Source: Candidatus Latescibacterota bacterium (GTDB lineage Bacteria > Krumholzibacteriota > Krumholzibacteriia > WVZY01 > JAKEHA01). From it: a stretch of DNA of 64,000 nt. How positions within the stretch are numbered: position 1 is the stretch's first letter; the number at the start of each line of letters is the position of its first letter. Positions 53,701-64,000 of this stretch are shown in pieces. The stretch covers positions 2,560,001 through 2,624,000 of the forward strand of contig OY970173.1 in assembly GCA_963707635.1 (NCBI GenBank), given 5' to 3'. Made by a program: the position numbers and the translations under genes. The notes under the pieces are model-generated. The model saw nothing but the letters and a program-made list of their open reading frames with translations. It was not told where the DNA came from and did no database searches.

Positions 53701-55438
53701 GCGCGCGACTCCCGACGTCGTGACGCACACCATGTTCACCGACGCCGGGCTGGCGCCGAACACGCGCTACTACTTCGCCGTTACCGCCGTCGACGGGTCG
53801 TGGAACGAGAGCGCATTCTCCGCGGTCGGCTCCGCGTCGACCAACCCGCCCCAGCTCGCGGGCTGGCCGAATTCGCTCGCCGATCCCTCCTCGAATTCAC
53901 CCGCGATCGGGGACATCGACGGCGACGGCGACCTCGAGGTCGTGATCGGAAACAACCTTCTCTACGCCTTCGGACACGACGGCGGCGAAGTCCGCGACGG
54001 GGACGGCCAGGCGTTGACCTGGGGCGTGTTCTCCGGCCTGGGCAGGGACTTCATCGGTCCGGCCGCGCTCGCGAAACTGGACGCGCGCACGGGGCTCGAT
54101 ATCGTGGCCGCGGCCGCCACCTCGCGGGAGGTCTACTGTTTCAACGGTGACGGCAGCGTGCTGCCCGGGTGGCCGCGGCCGACCATCGACGCGGTGCGCG
54201 CGGGCGTGGCAGTCGGCGACCTCGACGGCGACGACAGGCCGGAGATCGTCGCGATCGACCAGGACGCGAATCTGTACGCGTGGCATGCCGACGGATCCGA
54301 AGTCCGCGACGGCGACTCGAATCCCGCCACCGACGGCGTTTTCCGCCGTCTGCCGGATACGTCGCAGATGCAGTACCAGATGCCCGCGCTCGCCGACATC
54401 GACCAGGACGGGAAGGACGAAGTGATCATCCCGACCCAGGACAAGAAGCTATACGTGCTGAACGAGTTCGCGGCGGACGAGCCGGGTTGGCCGCGCACGC
54501 TTCCCAACTACGCGGGCGGCGGAGTCGCGGTGGGCGACATCGACGCCAACGGCGATCTCGAGATCGTGGTCACGGTACGGGGTTCCGGAGAGACATACGC
54601 GCTGCACCACGACAACACCCAGATGTGGATTCGCTGGCTGCAGCACAACAACTTCTTCAATCCGTCCCCCGCGCTCGCCGACATCACCGGTGACGGCAAG
54701 CTCGAGGTGCTGATCCCGGGCTCCAACGGAAGGCTGTACGCGATCACGCCCACCGGAGCGGACGCGCCGGGATGGCCGGTGGTCTATTCGGCGACCACCT
54801 ACACCGAGTCGTCGCCCATCGTCGCGGACGTGAACGGCGACGGGTCGCCCGACATCCTGCTGGGCGACGAGGGGGCCTTCATCAACGGCTGGAGATCCAG
54901 CGGCGCGCCGCTCGACGGCTTCCCGCTGGTGATGAAGGACTCGGTGCGCGGGACGCCGGCGATCACCGACCTGGACGGGGACGGCAGCGTCGAGATCGTC
55001 GCGGTCGGGTACGACCGCTCGGTGTACGTGTGGGACATGCCGGGGGCATACAGCGAGGCGACGGCGCCGTGGCCGATGTTCCACGCGAACCTCCATCGCA
55101 ACGGGGTGTATGGCTTCGTCGTGCCGACGGGCGTCGGCGACTCGCCACGGGCGGCCGGGCTGACGCTCGAACCGAACTACCCGAATCCCTTCAACCCCAC
55201 GACGTCGATCGTGTTCGAGATTCCGGATGGTTCGGCGCAGAGAGTTTCGCTGGTCGTTTACGACGTGACCGGTGCGCGCGTGCGCACGCTGCACGAGGGA
55301 GTGGTGCAACCGGGCCGCCACGTCGTCGCGTGGGACGGGCGCGGCGAATCGGGGGCCGCGGTGGGTTCCGGCGTCTACTTCTACCGGCTCGCCACCCCGC
55401 AGCAAGCGCTCACCCGCAAGATGGTGCTCTTGAAGTAA
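50723..55438 (+). CDS. C25 (gingipain-like) cysteine peptidase + FN3 + FG-GAP propeller + FlgD-Ig CTD
   Basis: LADWKTAKG, VLLVGD, DLYFACLDG, VGRLP, HVGHG (His), SNCTAA (Cys), LLGDP; NYPNPFNP CTD. Confidence 0.9.
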   Translation: MRKTVLTLLLVSIIAVPLWISGHTASVRIEVDVPTSPGDFSVTAAGRYTSVSPVPSASGSFFTVNDVGRPSIPARIVYVALPDGRSFASVIASAEGTSTLARGVELAVAAPPAPAPDLPAPGVAVAQDALAPYLAGAEFPSELVRYLGSGTWHGYTVASFAVFPLQVVEGDLVLHADVRLSIDTEPAAGPGAERALRMSSARARDIETRLRGLIANDEALATYPPIPHDEHRGPFGASVAPSLEGSPVDCIIVAPAALAAPFDALADWKTAKGVPTVVRTVEWIEANYPRGIDRAETIRFFLQDAYTKWGVQWVLLVGDTPEIPPRYLYTAYYYGGTLVPADLYFACLDGSFNADGDTRFGEQPADQPDLYAELSVGRLPVSTLADAANVVSKIMSYETPLDTEYVDKTLFLAEVLFPAPWSPPAPIQLNGGDMAEFVRIRHVQSPSRRVTRLYETPALFAGSLPESRSIAIDSLNAGYDFVFHVGHGYRFNMHCADENIAIPDADALYHPNRFFNLYMSNCTAAAFNFDCLAERMLRNPNGGAVSVIGAVSSSFAEISTDYMEAYAGAVFDGADPVHIGDAFAASRASRTALAMLDDNSDLWTHYVYTLLGDPEMTLWTGPVRTPVVSHPASLVAGTTVVAVGVDVDGLPQANATVCLSKDGEDYQVGTTNAAGQASFVLSTRTTGQVRVVVTGRNLARHESAIAIESAASVLLSIDEVLINDNRFEFGTFVIGDGVVDAGEAVELTPTVRNTGGAASAPAVATLTTTAPFVTIANATVPVRVLAPGQSVLADDSWRVQFAADAPDGALASFSVTIAGNATWSDTFSETVHAPAFALTSLRTSDAAPVGNGDGVISSGEQFLLFVTLKNHGTGTAAGLVATLSALDAGATVFSGLAQVGDIAALAERESESAFRLLEADATVQNHLRLIVTDTYGHSLTHTIELRKPVAPAIQSFDASLGVDKMLIRWNASPSSDVVGYRVYRSTSATGPFTRATPDVVTHTMFTDAGLAPNTRYYFAVTAVDGSWNESAFSAVGSASTNPPQLAGWPNSLADPSSNSPAIGDIDGDGDLEVVIGNNLLYAFGHDGGEVRDGDGQALTWGVFSGLGRDFIGPAALAKLDARTGLDIVAAAATSREVYCFNGDGSVLPGWPRPTIDAVRAGVAVGDLDGDDRPEIVAIDQDANLYAWHADGSEVRDGDSNPATDGVFRRLPDTSQMQYQMPALADIDQDGKDEVIIPTQDKKLYVLNEFAADEPGWPRTLPNYAGGGVAVGDIDANGDLEIVVTVRGSGETYALHHDNTQMWIRWLQHNNFFNPSPALADITGDGKLEVLIPGSNGRLYAITPTGADAPGWPVVYSATTYTESSPIVADVNGDGSPDILLGDEGAFINGWRSSGAPLDGFPLVMKDSVRGTPAITDLDGDGSVEIVAVGYDRSVYVWDMPGAYSEATAPWPMFHANLHRNGVYGFVVPTGVGDSPRAAGLTLEPNYPNPFNPTTSIVFEIPDGSAQRVSLVVYDVTGARVRTLHEGVVQPGRHVVAWDGRGESGAAVGSGVYFYRLATPQQALTRKMVLLK

Positions 55439-55448
55439 CGCTTCCGCT

Positions 55449-56903
55449 CTAGACCGCGAGTTCCCGGACCGTCGCCTTGAGGTATTTCCAGAAGGTTTCC
55501 ACCGACGCGATGTTGATGCGCTCGTTGGGCGAGTGCGGCGCCTCGATCCACGGGCCGATCGAGATCATGTCGATCCCGGGCAGCTTCTCGCCGATCACGC
55601 CACATTCCAGTCCCGCGTGCACCGCCTTGAGCTCCGGCGCGCGACCCAGCTCGCGCTCGTGCACCCGGCGCGCGACATCCAGCACCTGCGAGTGCAGGTT
55701 CGGCTTCCACCCCGGGTAGGGGTCGTTGTCTTCGTACGACCCGCCCGCCGTCTCCGCGGCGATGTGCACCCGGTCCCGCAGCGCCAGGAGGGCCGACTTG
55801 AGCGAGCTGCGAACCGAGACCAGCACGCGCACGGCGTCCAGCTCCGTGCTGACCGCGGCGAGGTTGCTCGACGTCTCCACCAGCCCGGGCACGTCGAGGC
55901 TCATCGCATCGACGCCGTGCGGAATCGTGAGCAGAGCGCCGATGATGCGCCGCTGCGACGCGGCGTCGGCCACGGAACCGATGGCGTCGCTGGCCGGCTG
56001 CAGCGCGACCTTGCACCCCGGATCCGCGCCCCCCAGCTCGGCGGCGATGGCGCGTCCCTCCGCCTCCACCGCGCGCGCAAACGCGTCCGCGCCGGCCGCG
56101 GGCACGGCGCACAGCGCGAAGGCTTCGCGCGGAATCGCGTTGTGCGCGTTGCCGCCTTCGATGCGCGCGATGCGCGCGTCCACCGACGCCCCCGCGACCC
56201 GCAACACGCGCGCCAGCGCGCGTATCGCGTTGCCGCGCTGCAGGACGATGTCCATCCCCGAGTGCCCGCCCCGCAGCCCCGTCACCCGCACTTCCACGGC
56301 GCGCGCGCCCTTCGCCGCCGGCTCGCGCGAAAGCGGCAGCGTGAGGGTGGTGTTGCCGCCGCCGGAGCAGCCGATGTAGATGGCGCCGAGTTCCTCGGTG
56401 TCGAGATTGAGCAGCCGGCGCCCCTTGACCATCGACGCGTCCAGCTTGGCCGCCCCGGTGAGGCCGGTCTCCTCGTCGACGGTGACCAGGATCTCGAGCG
56501 GCCCGTGCACGACCTCGGGATCGTCGGCGAGGGCGAGCGCCGCGGCCAGGCCCACGCCGTTGTCGGCCCCCAGGGTGGTCCCGCGCGCCTTGAGCCAGTC
56601 GCCGTCGCGTTCGAGCTGGATCGGATCGCGTGAAAAATCGAACGTAACGTCCGCGTTCTTCTCGCACACCATGTCCATGTGCGCCTGCAGCACCAGCACA
56701 CCGGCGCGCTCGTGCCCGCGCGTCGCCGGAACCTCGACGACGAGGTTGCCCGCCCGGTCCACGCGCGTCTCGAACTTCCGTTCCCGCGCCCACGCCAGCA
56801 AGTGTTCGCGAATCCGCTCTTCGTGTTTCGACGGCCTCGGAATGGAGCGAATCCGGTCGAAATGGCCCCACACATGGCGCGGCTCTAGTTTGTCGATATT
56901 CAT
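55449..56903 (-). CDS. pepD: Aminoacyl-histidine dipeptidase (M20C)
   Basis: PRPSKHE, LQAHMDMV, TTLGADNG, DEETGL, HAGLECG, HSPNE. Confidence 0.93.
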   Translation of the reverse strand: MNIDKLEPRHVWGHFDRIRSIPRPSKHEERIREHLLAWARERKFETRVDRAGNLVVEVPATRGHERAGVLVLQAHMDMVCEKNADVTFDFSRDPIQLERDGDWLKARGTTLGADNGVGLAAALALADDPEVVHGPLEILVTVDEETGLTGAAKLDASMVKGRRLLNLDTEELGAIYIGCSGGGNTTLTLPLSREPAAKGARAVEVRVTGLRGGHSGMDIVLQRGNAIRALARVLRVAGASVDARIARIEGGNAHNAIPREAFALCAVPAAGADAFARAVEAEGRAIAAELGGADPGCKVALQPASDAIGSVADAASQRRIIGALLTIPHGVDAMSLDVPGLVETSSNLAAVSTELDAVRVLVSVRSSLKSALLALRDRVHIAAETAGGSYEDNDPYPGWKPNLHSQVLDVARRVHERELGRAPELKAVHAGLECGVIGEKLPGIDMISIGPWIEAPHSPNERINIASVETFWKYLKATVRELAV

Positions 56904-56922
56904 GGGAGATTCCTTCGGGTGA

Positions 56923-56955
56923 CGACGCGCCCGGTCACGTGGACCGGGCGCGTCG
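56923..56955. repeat. Perfect 14-bp intergenic inverted repeat
   Basis: CGACGCGCCCGGTC-ACGTG-GACCGGGCGCGTCG; no U-tract. Confidence 0.7.
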
Positions 56956-56964
56956 CGTGCCGTA

Positions 56965-57576
56965 TCAGAACGGGTCGGGAACTTCGACTGTCTGCGGGAT
57001 GATTATCTGGATGGCGAGCCACGCGCGCCAGTCGAACACCATCGGATCCCCCGGTGTCGGCGTGTTCGGCAGGATCGTCCCGTGCTGGACCTCGAAGGTC
57101 AGTACCGGGTTCTGGTTGTTGTTGATGAAGTCATTCAATGCGTCGTTGATCAGGTCCACGCCCAGCGGCTCGAGCGGGGCCGCTATCTTCTTGCCGAGAG
57201 CGGCCTGCACCGACTGACTCGTGTAATCCACGATCACCACCGCGGGGCCGCCGTCGCGCGCGACCCGGATCTGACCGGTGAGGACCCAGTCGTGGGTCTG
57301 CGAGGAAGGAATCGATGTGACCCCGTAACTCACCGACGTCACGAACGCCGAGTCGAGGTCACTGGTGGTGTAACCATTGTCCTCCAGGATGTCGCGGACC
57401 TCCTCGGCAACGTCGACCACCGCCGTTTCGGGGTTGTCGGCGCTGGTCTCGTTCTCATTGAAGTCGGCGTAGGTCTCGCCGGTCAGCACCAGCTGGAGCA
57501 CCTTCTCGTCGAGGCAACTACCCAGAAGCGCGACGAGACCAAGCGTCAGGACCAAAATAAGCAACGTACGTGTCAT
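56965..57576 (-). CDS. Hypothetical lipoprotein
   Basis: Lipobox LGSC; AGGAG RBS. Confidence 0.75.
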   Translation of the reverse strand: MTRTLLILVLTLGLVALLGSCLDEKVLQLVLTGETYADFNENETSADNPETAVVDVAEEVRDILEDNGYTTSDLDSAFVTSVSYGVTSIPSSQTHDWVLTGQIRVARDGGPAVVIVDYTSQSVQAALGKKIAAPLEPLGVDLINDALNDFINNNQNPVLTFEVQHGTILPNTPTPGDPMVFDWRAWLAIQIIIPQTVEVPDPF

Positions 57577-57593
57577 GTCTCTCACGCTCCTTT

Positions 57594-58526
57594 CTATGGC
57601 CGGCCGACGTTGCCGAGGGCGAGGCCGAATGAAAAACTGTTGACGCTGGCGAAACTGTAGTCCGCCCACACCTGCCCCGCCACGAAGTTGAGGCCCGCTC
57701 CCAGCGTGAAGCGGATGTCATTGGAGCCCTCGAGCGAGATGTTCTCGGGAACACCGTTGGGGCCGTCGTAGGAAACGTCCGCGTCGAGCTTCTCCCACCC
57801 GAACATGGTATAGGGCTCGAGGGTCATGAACCCGATCGGCATCCTCTTGCTCGCCTGGAGCTGAATGGCGAGCGCGTCGGTCGACACGAAATTGTCGCCC
57901 ACGTCGAAGGTCTGCCACAGCACGCCCACCGCGAGGTCGACCGGCGGCGTCTCGCCCATGTACTGCGAGAGGCTGTGGCGCCCGCCGATGCCGAAGAGGT
58001 CGATCTTGCCGACGTCGGCATCCCCGGACTCGAACGCGATCCAGCGTATGACCGCTTCCGTGCCCATGAGCGCCGAGATGCGAAACTGCGGCACCACCAG
58101 CCCGAAGGAGTTGAGGTCGAGGCCGCCCGGAAATGCGAAAGTCGCGCCGCCGGTCCCGCTGACGATGACCGCTTCGCCGGGACCAACCACCGTCGGCACC
58201 GCGGTGGTGGTCGTCGGCTGGAAGCCCGACTCGGTCGTGGCCTCGAAAGACCGGTCGGCGTCTTCGAAGAACACGCCCATCACCGGAGCTTCGAGTGAAA
58301 TATGGAAGCTGGACTTCGGAATGTAGGCGGTATAGCCGAATGAACTGTTGAGCGCGGCCGCGAACGCGTTGGCGAGCGGCTGCAAGTAGCCTACCGCGTT
58401 ATCGCCCGTGTATACAGAGATCTGGTTCTGGACCGCGCCGTCCTCGGCGACGGCCGCCGTTGCAAGCAGGACCGACAGCGCGGCTGCGGAAGTCAAAGCC
58501 CCACCGGCTCGGATACGTGGGCGCAT
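57594..58526 (-). CDS. Outer-membrane beta-barrel (DUF6588-like)
   Basis: GYLQPL..AF...LNS, PTVVG, FGIGGRHSLSQY; amphipathic strands. Confidence 0.7.
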   Translation of the reverse strand: MRPRIRAGGALTSAAALSVLLATAAVAEDGAVQNQISVYTGDNAVGYLQPLANAFAAALNSSFGYTAYIPKSSFHISLEAPVMGVFFEDADRSFEATTESGFQPTTTTAVPTVVGPGEAVIVSGTGGATFAFPGGLDLNSFGLVVPQFRISALMGTEAVIRWIAFESGDADVGKIDLFGIGGRHSLSQYMGETPPVDLAVGVLWQTFDVGDNFVSTDALAIQLQASKRMPIGFMTLEPYTMFGWEKLDADVSYDGPNGVPENISLEGSNDIRFTLGAGLNFVAGQVWADYSFASVNSFSFGLALGNVGRP

Positions 58527-58640
58527 TCGACTCCTCCTTTCGTTGGTTGGGGACGGGATACGAAAGAACGGCGGAAGCCTAGCACCTTCGCCCGGTCGAT
58601 TTCAACGCCTTCGCCGGGCCCGCCGCGACCGTGCCCGAGG

Positions 58641-59975
58641 CTACCCGCGCACGCGGCTGCGCATCACCATCGGCTGTCCGGTCGCCGCGACCACGCTCCG
58701 CCACAGGTAGCTCTCGGGATGGATGTGCTTGCGGCCGCGCACCGTCAGCGGGATCGGCACGTGGGTGTAGATGCCGTGCCAGAGCCCGATCACGACGTCG
58801 GTCTTTCCCGACATGCCCGCGTGGACCGCGTTGCGCGCGAGGTTGTCGCAGAAGATCGCGTCGCTGGCATTGGCCTTCACGCTTCTGATCATGTAGCTGG
58901 GATCGATGTACTTCATCGCGAACATGCGGCTATCCGCGCGCAGAAACTTCGCGATCTCCTCGCGCAGGAAGATCCCGATGTCGTGCGGCACCACGTTGCC
59001 GGAAGCGTCCTGTTCGCGCGGATAATTCCGGAAGAACTGCTGCCCCGCCCCTTCGGCGACGACGATGACCGCGTGCCCGTGGCGCTGCAGCCGCTGGTCG
59101 AGGCAGTCGAAGAAGCCCCCTTCGCCGTGGAGGTCGAAGGGCACTTCGGGCACGAGACAGAAATTGACCTGCATGCTGGCCAGGCTGCCGTACGCCGCGA
59201 TGAACCCGGAGTCGCGCCCCATCACGCGCACCAGCCCCACCCCGTTGATGGTGCCGATCGCTTCGACGTGCGCGCCGTCGATCGCCTGCCGCACCACCTC
59301 GACCGCGGTGTCGAATCCGAAGGTCTTGTAGACGAAGGGAATGTCGTTGTCGATGGTCTTCGGGATGCCGACGATCGCGATCGGCGCCCCACGGCGCTCG
59401 ACTTCCTGAAAGATGGCGTGCGCGCCGCGCAATGTCCCGTCGCCGCCGATGCAGAACAGGATGTTGACCCCCATCGCGACCAGCTGATCCACGATCACGC
59501 TGGCCTCCTCGGCGCCGCGCGAGGTTCCCAGCACGGAACCGCCCTCGTTGTGAATCGTCCGCACCAGTTCGTAGGTCAGCGGCACGGGCGCGTATCCGCG
59601 CGCGGGGTTGATGCCGCGAAAGCCGTAGCGAAAACCGACGATGTCCTCCACACCGTACTGGAAGCGCAGCTCGAGCACGAGCGAACGGATGACGTTGTTG
59701 ACGCCGGGAGACAGGCCGCCGCAGGTGACGACCGCCACCCGGGTGGTGGCGGGGTTGAAGTGAATCACCTCGCGCGGACCCGCGCGCTCCATGAACAGGT
59801 CCAAGTCGAAGTCTTCTTCGCGCTCGCCGGACGCCTTGTACAGCACGCGCGTGCCTTCGGGCACGTAGTGCGCGAGCCCGTCCCCCACGTGGGTGGAGAG
59901 CTTCAGCGGCGAAGGGACCCGGCTGGGCCCCAGCGTCTTGACGGCGAACTGCTCGGGTGTCAGACGATTCGACAT
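58641..59975 (-). CDS. pfkA: ATP-dependent 6-phosphofructokinase (long, group X type)
   Basis: TCGGLSPG, GGDGT, PKTIDND, MGRDSG. Confidence 0.92.
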   Translation of the reverse strand: MSNRLTPEQFAVKTLGPSRVPSPLKLSTHVGDGLAHYVPEGTRVLYKASGEREEDFDLDLFMERAGPREVIHFNPATTRVAVVTCGGLSPGVNNVIRSLVLELRFQYGVEDIVGFRYGFRGINPARGYAPVPLTYELVRTIHNEGGSVLGTSRGAEEASVIVDQLVAMGVNILFCIGGDGTLRGAHAIFQEVERRGAPIAIVGIPKTIDNDIPFVYKTFGFDTAVEVVRQAIDGAHVEAIGTINGVGLVRVMGRDSGFIAAYGSLASMQVNFCLVPEVPFDLHGEGGFFDCLDQRLQRHGHAVIVVAEGAGQQFFRNYPREQDASGNVVPHDIGIFLREEIAKFLRADSRMFAMKYIDPSYMIRSVKANASDAIFCDNLARNAVHAGMSGKTDVVIGLWHGIYTHVPIPLTVRGRKHIHPESYLWRSVVAATGQPMVMRSRVRG

Positions 59976-59998
59976 ACGCGCTCGCTACGACCTCGCGC

Positions 59999-61360
<1,362 letters not shown>

Positions 61361-61561
61361 CGGGGCTCCTTTCGGCCGCGCCCGACTCGGTGACGTTCGG
61401 GACGAAGGAATCCGCTGCTCCGCGTGCGCGACATTGCGGGCGCGAGCTCTGATCGAGGCGGGCGGGCGAGGCCTTATCATCCGCGCCCGCGCGCGGGGTG
61501 TCAACGGACTTTCGACGCTTCTTGCGCGGCGGGGCGAAGTGGCGTCAGCGGTCGCCGGAAT

Positions 61562-61990
61562 TCACGGTTTCCCGGCGCGCACGAGCAGGATGGGAACGGT
61601 GGCCTTGTGCCTGACCTCGTTGATCGTGCTGCCGTAGATCAGGTCGCCGAGCAGCCGGTGTCCGTGCGTGGTCATGGCGATCAGGTCGCACTCCTCCCGC
61701 TCGGCGGTCTGGAGGATGCCGGTGGGAGGATCGCCCAGCGCCAGGTGCGCGGACACCTGCAGCCCCTCGGCGCGCAGCCGCTCGGCCGTGCTCTCGAGAT
61801 ACGCCCGGTCCGCCTTCATCTCGTCCGATTCGGTCAGCGCCAGCCGGTCGAAATTGCGCGCCACCCAGCCGTCGGCCACGTGCACGAGCAGCAGGGTGGA
61901 GTGGAAGCGTTTGGCCAGTTCCGCCACGTGCGGCAGAAGGCTCTGGTCCGCGCGGCTGTTTTCGAGGGCGACGAGAATCTTGCGATACAT
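61562..61990 (-). CDS. Universal stress protein
   Basis: YRKILVAL, DLIAMTTHG...GST, PILLV. Confidence 0.9.
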   Translation of the reverse strand: MYRKILVALENSRADQSLLPHVAELAKRFHSTLLLVHVADGWVARNFDRLALTESDEMKADRAYLESTAERLRAEGLQVSAHLALGDPPTGILQTAEREECDLIAMTTHGHRLLGDLIYGSTINEVRHKATVPILLVRAGKP

Positions 61991-61996
61991 ACGAAC

Positions 61997-63367
61997 CTAC
62001 TGAAAGAGGCGCGTGATCCACGCGGTAACGCCCGCGAAATCCAGCAGAAATTTCAGATTGAGCGACACGATCAGCCCGGACGTGATCCAGGCGAGAATCT
62101 TAATCCAGAGCGGGTTGACGAACTCACCCATTTTTTCGCGGTCGCTGGTGAACATCACCAGGGGGATGACCGCGAACGAGAGCTGCATGCTGAGAATCAC
62201 CTGGCTGAACACCAGCAACTTGGCGGTTCCGCTCTCGCCGTAGAGCGCCGTGCAGATGACCGCCGGGACGATGGCGATCAGGCGCGTGATGAGCCGGCGC
62301 AGCCACGGCCGCAGCCGGATGTTCAGGAAGCCTTCCATGACGATCTGGCCCGCGAGCGTGCCGGTGAGCGTCGAATTCTGGCCCGACGCCAGCAAGGCAA
62401 TGGCGAAGATCGCGCTGGCCGCCGACACGCCGAGCAGCGGGCTCAACAACTGATACGCGTCCTGGATTTCCGCGACCCCGTGCTCGCCGCGGGTGTGAAA
62501 CGTCGCGGCGGACACGATCAGGATCGACGCGTTGATGAACAACGCGAACATCAGCGCCACGGTCGAGTCGATGGTGGCGAACTTGATCGCCTCCGCCTTG
62601 CCCGCGTGGTCCTGTTCGTACTTGCGCGTCTGTACGATGGACGAGTGCAGGTAGAGATTGTGCGGCATCACAGTCGCGCCGATGATGCCGATGGCCACGT
62701 AGAGCATCCCCGTGTTCTGGATGATTTCCAGCCGCGGGACGAAACCGCCCAGTACGCTGGCCACGTCGGGCCGGGAAAAGATGACTTCCAGCAGGAAGCA
62801 CCCGCCGATGGTCAGAATCAGCGTGATCACCAGCGCTTCGACGTAGCGAAATCCCTTGTTCTGGAGATACATCACCGCCAGAACGTCGAGTGCGGTGATA
62901 CACACGCCCCAGACCAGGGGAAGCTTGAAGAGCAGATTGAGGGCGATGGCCGAGCCGATGACCTCCGCGAGGTCGCACGCGCAGATGGCCACTTCGCACA
63001 GGAGCCAGAGCCCGACGGCCACCGGCGGCGAGTAGTGGTCGCGGCACGCCTGCGCCAGATCCCGTCCCGTCACGATCCCGAGCTTCGCGCACAGGGACTG
63101 GAGCAGAATCGCCATCAGGTTGGAGAGGAGAATGACGAACAGGAGCGTGTAGCCGAATGCGGAGCCGCCGGCGAGGTCGGTGGCCCAGTTGCCGGGATCC
63201 ATGTAACCGACCGCCACCAGATACCCGGGGCCGGAAAACGCGAGCATCTTCTTCCAGAAGCTCAACCCTTTCGGCACCGGGATCGTCCGATAGACCTCGG
63301 AGAGGCTGGGCGTCACGCCGGAAAGACGCCACGCCTTGCCCATTTTCTCTGGCGGGTTCGTATTCAT
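61997..63367 (-). CDS. mntH: Nramp-family Mn2+/H+ symporter
   Basis: [35 protein letters not shown]. Confidence 0.96.
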   Translation of the reverse strand: MNTNPPEKMGKAWRLSGVTPSLSEVYRTIPVPKGLSFWKKMLAFSGPGYLVAVGYMDPGNWATDLAGGSAFGYTLLFVILLSNLMAILLQSLCAKLGIVTGRDLAQACRDHYSPPVAVGLWLLCEVAICACDLAEVIGSAIALNLLFKLPLVWGVCITALDVLAVMYLQNKGFRYVEALVITLILTIGGCFLLEVIFSRPDVASVLGGFVPRLEIIQNTGMLYVAIGIIGATVMPHNLYLHSSIVQTRKYEQDHAGKAEAIKFATIDSTVALMFALFINASILIVSAATFHTRGEHGVAEIQDAYQLLSPLLGVSAASAIFAIALLASGQNSTLTGTLAGQIVMEGFLNIRLRPWLRRLITRLIAIVPAVICTALYGESGTAKLLVFSQVILSMQLSFAVIPLVMFTSDREKMGEFVNPLWIKILAWITSGLIVSLNLKFLLDFAGVTAWITRLFQ

Positions 63368-64000
63368 CAGCGCGTCACCTGGACGCTGGCCGCGGCGTCG
63401 CGCCCCAGCGCGAGTTCGCGGCCGTCCACCCGTGCGGTAATGGAACCTCCGAACGGCTCGACGACGACGACTTCCAGACGGGTGCCGGGATAGAGGCCGC
63501 GTTCTCCCAGGTAGCGCAACAGGGCGGGATCGCGGTCGTCCACTTCGACCACCTCGACCCGTTCGCCCGCCGAGACGTCCGTGAGCGGACGGCCGGACAC
63601 CCGCTTTACGGTGCCGTCGCGGCTCGGGATGGGGGCGCCGTGGGGATCCACGGTTGGAAACCCAAGCGCACCGTCGATCCGGTCTTCGAGATCTTCCGAG
63701 ATGACGTGCTCCAGCTTCTCCGCCTCCTCATGCACCCGGTCCCACGGCACGCCTAGCGCCTCGGCGAGGTATTTCTCGATCAGCCGGTGGTGCCGAACGA
63801 TCTCCACCGCGGCCATCTCCCCCACCGCGGTCAGGCGGACCCCCTGATAGGGCGCGTGGGTCACCAGCCGTAACTCCGCCAGCTTCTTCACCATCGCCGT
63901 TACGGACGGCGGCGCAATCCCCATGCGCTCGGCGATCGAGGAGGTAGATGCGCGCTCCTCCCACTCGAGGATCTCGAAGATCGCCTTCAGGTAGTTCTCC
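63367..64000 (-). CDS. mntR: DtxR/MntR-family metal-dependent regulator with FeoA domain; 5' end outside the window
   Basis: The frame is open to the edge ([10 protein letters not shown]...); [32 protein letters not shown]. Confidence 0.92.
   Translation of the reverse strand, partial: ENYLKAIFEILEWEERASTSSIAERMGIAPPSVTAMVKKLAELRLVTHAPYQGVRLTAVGEMAAVEIVRHHRLIEKYLAEALGVPWDRVHEEAEKLEHVISEDLEDRIDGALGFPTVDPHGAPIPSRDGTVKRVSGRPLTDVSAGERVEVVEVDDRDPALLRYLGERGLYPGTRLEVVVVEPFGGSITARVDGRELALGRDAAASVQVTR

Overview
High-GC bacterial chromosome segment with Gram-negative hallmarks (lpxH, Omp85, porV-like). Many secreted proteins end in a 'PNPFNP...G.YF...KM.L.K' FlgD-Ig/T9SS-type C-terminal domain (CTD), and one ends in 'TWG..K..YR', which suggests an FCB-group candidate phylum such as Krumholzibacteriota, Latescibacterota or Eisenbacteria (inference). 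Housekeeping genes: degP-like, lpxH, rlmN, ECF sigma/anti-sigma cluster, eno-ftsB, tRNA-fMet, menA, pepD, pfkA, gdhA, mntR-mntH-usp. An accessory-looking block follows the tRNA (about 25.3-46.5 kb) with a TIR protein, paired STAND-like ATPases (one fused to a kinase), large repeat proteins and two frameshifted genes. The most striking unexplained system is at about 6.8-14.4 kb (minus strand): an NtrC/NtrX-type regulator, a 91-aa secreted propeptide-like ORF, a TPR-GAF-AAA+ sigma-54 activator, then a consensus sigma-54 promoter in front of a ~270-nt highly structured, terminator-ended non-coding RNA, and a second consensus sigma-54 promoter in front of a lipoprotein operon. This looks like a peptide-sensing (RRNPP-like) sigma-54/sRNA circuit. 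All family names come from manual motif recognition; no searches were run.
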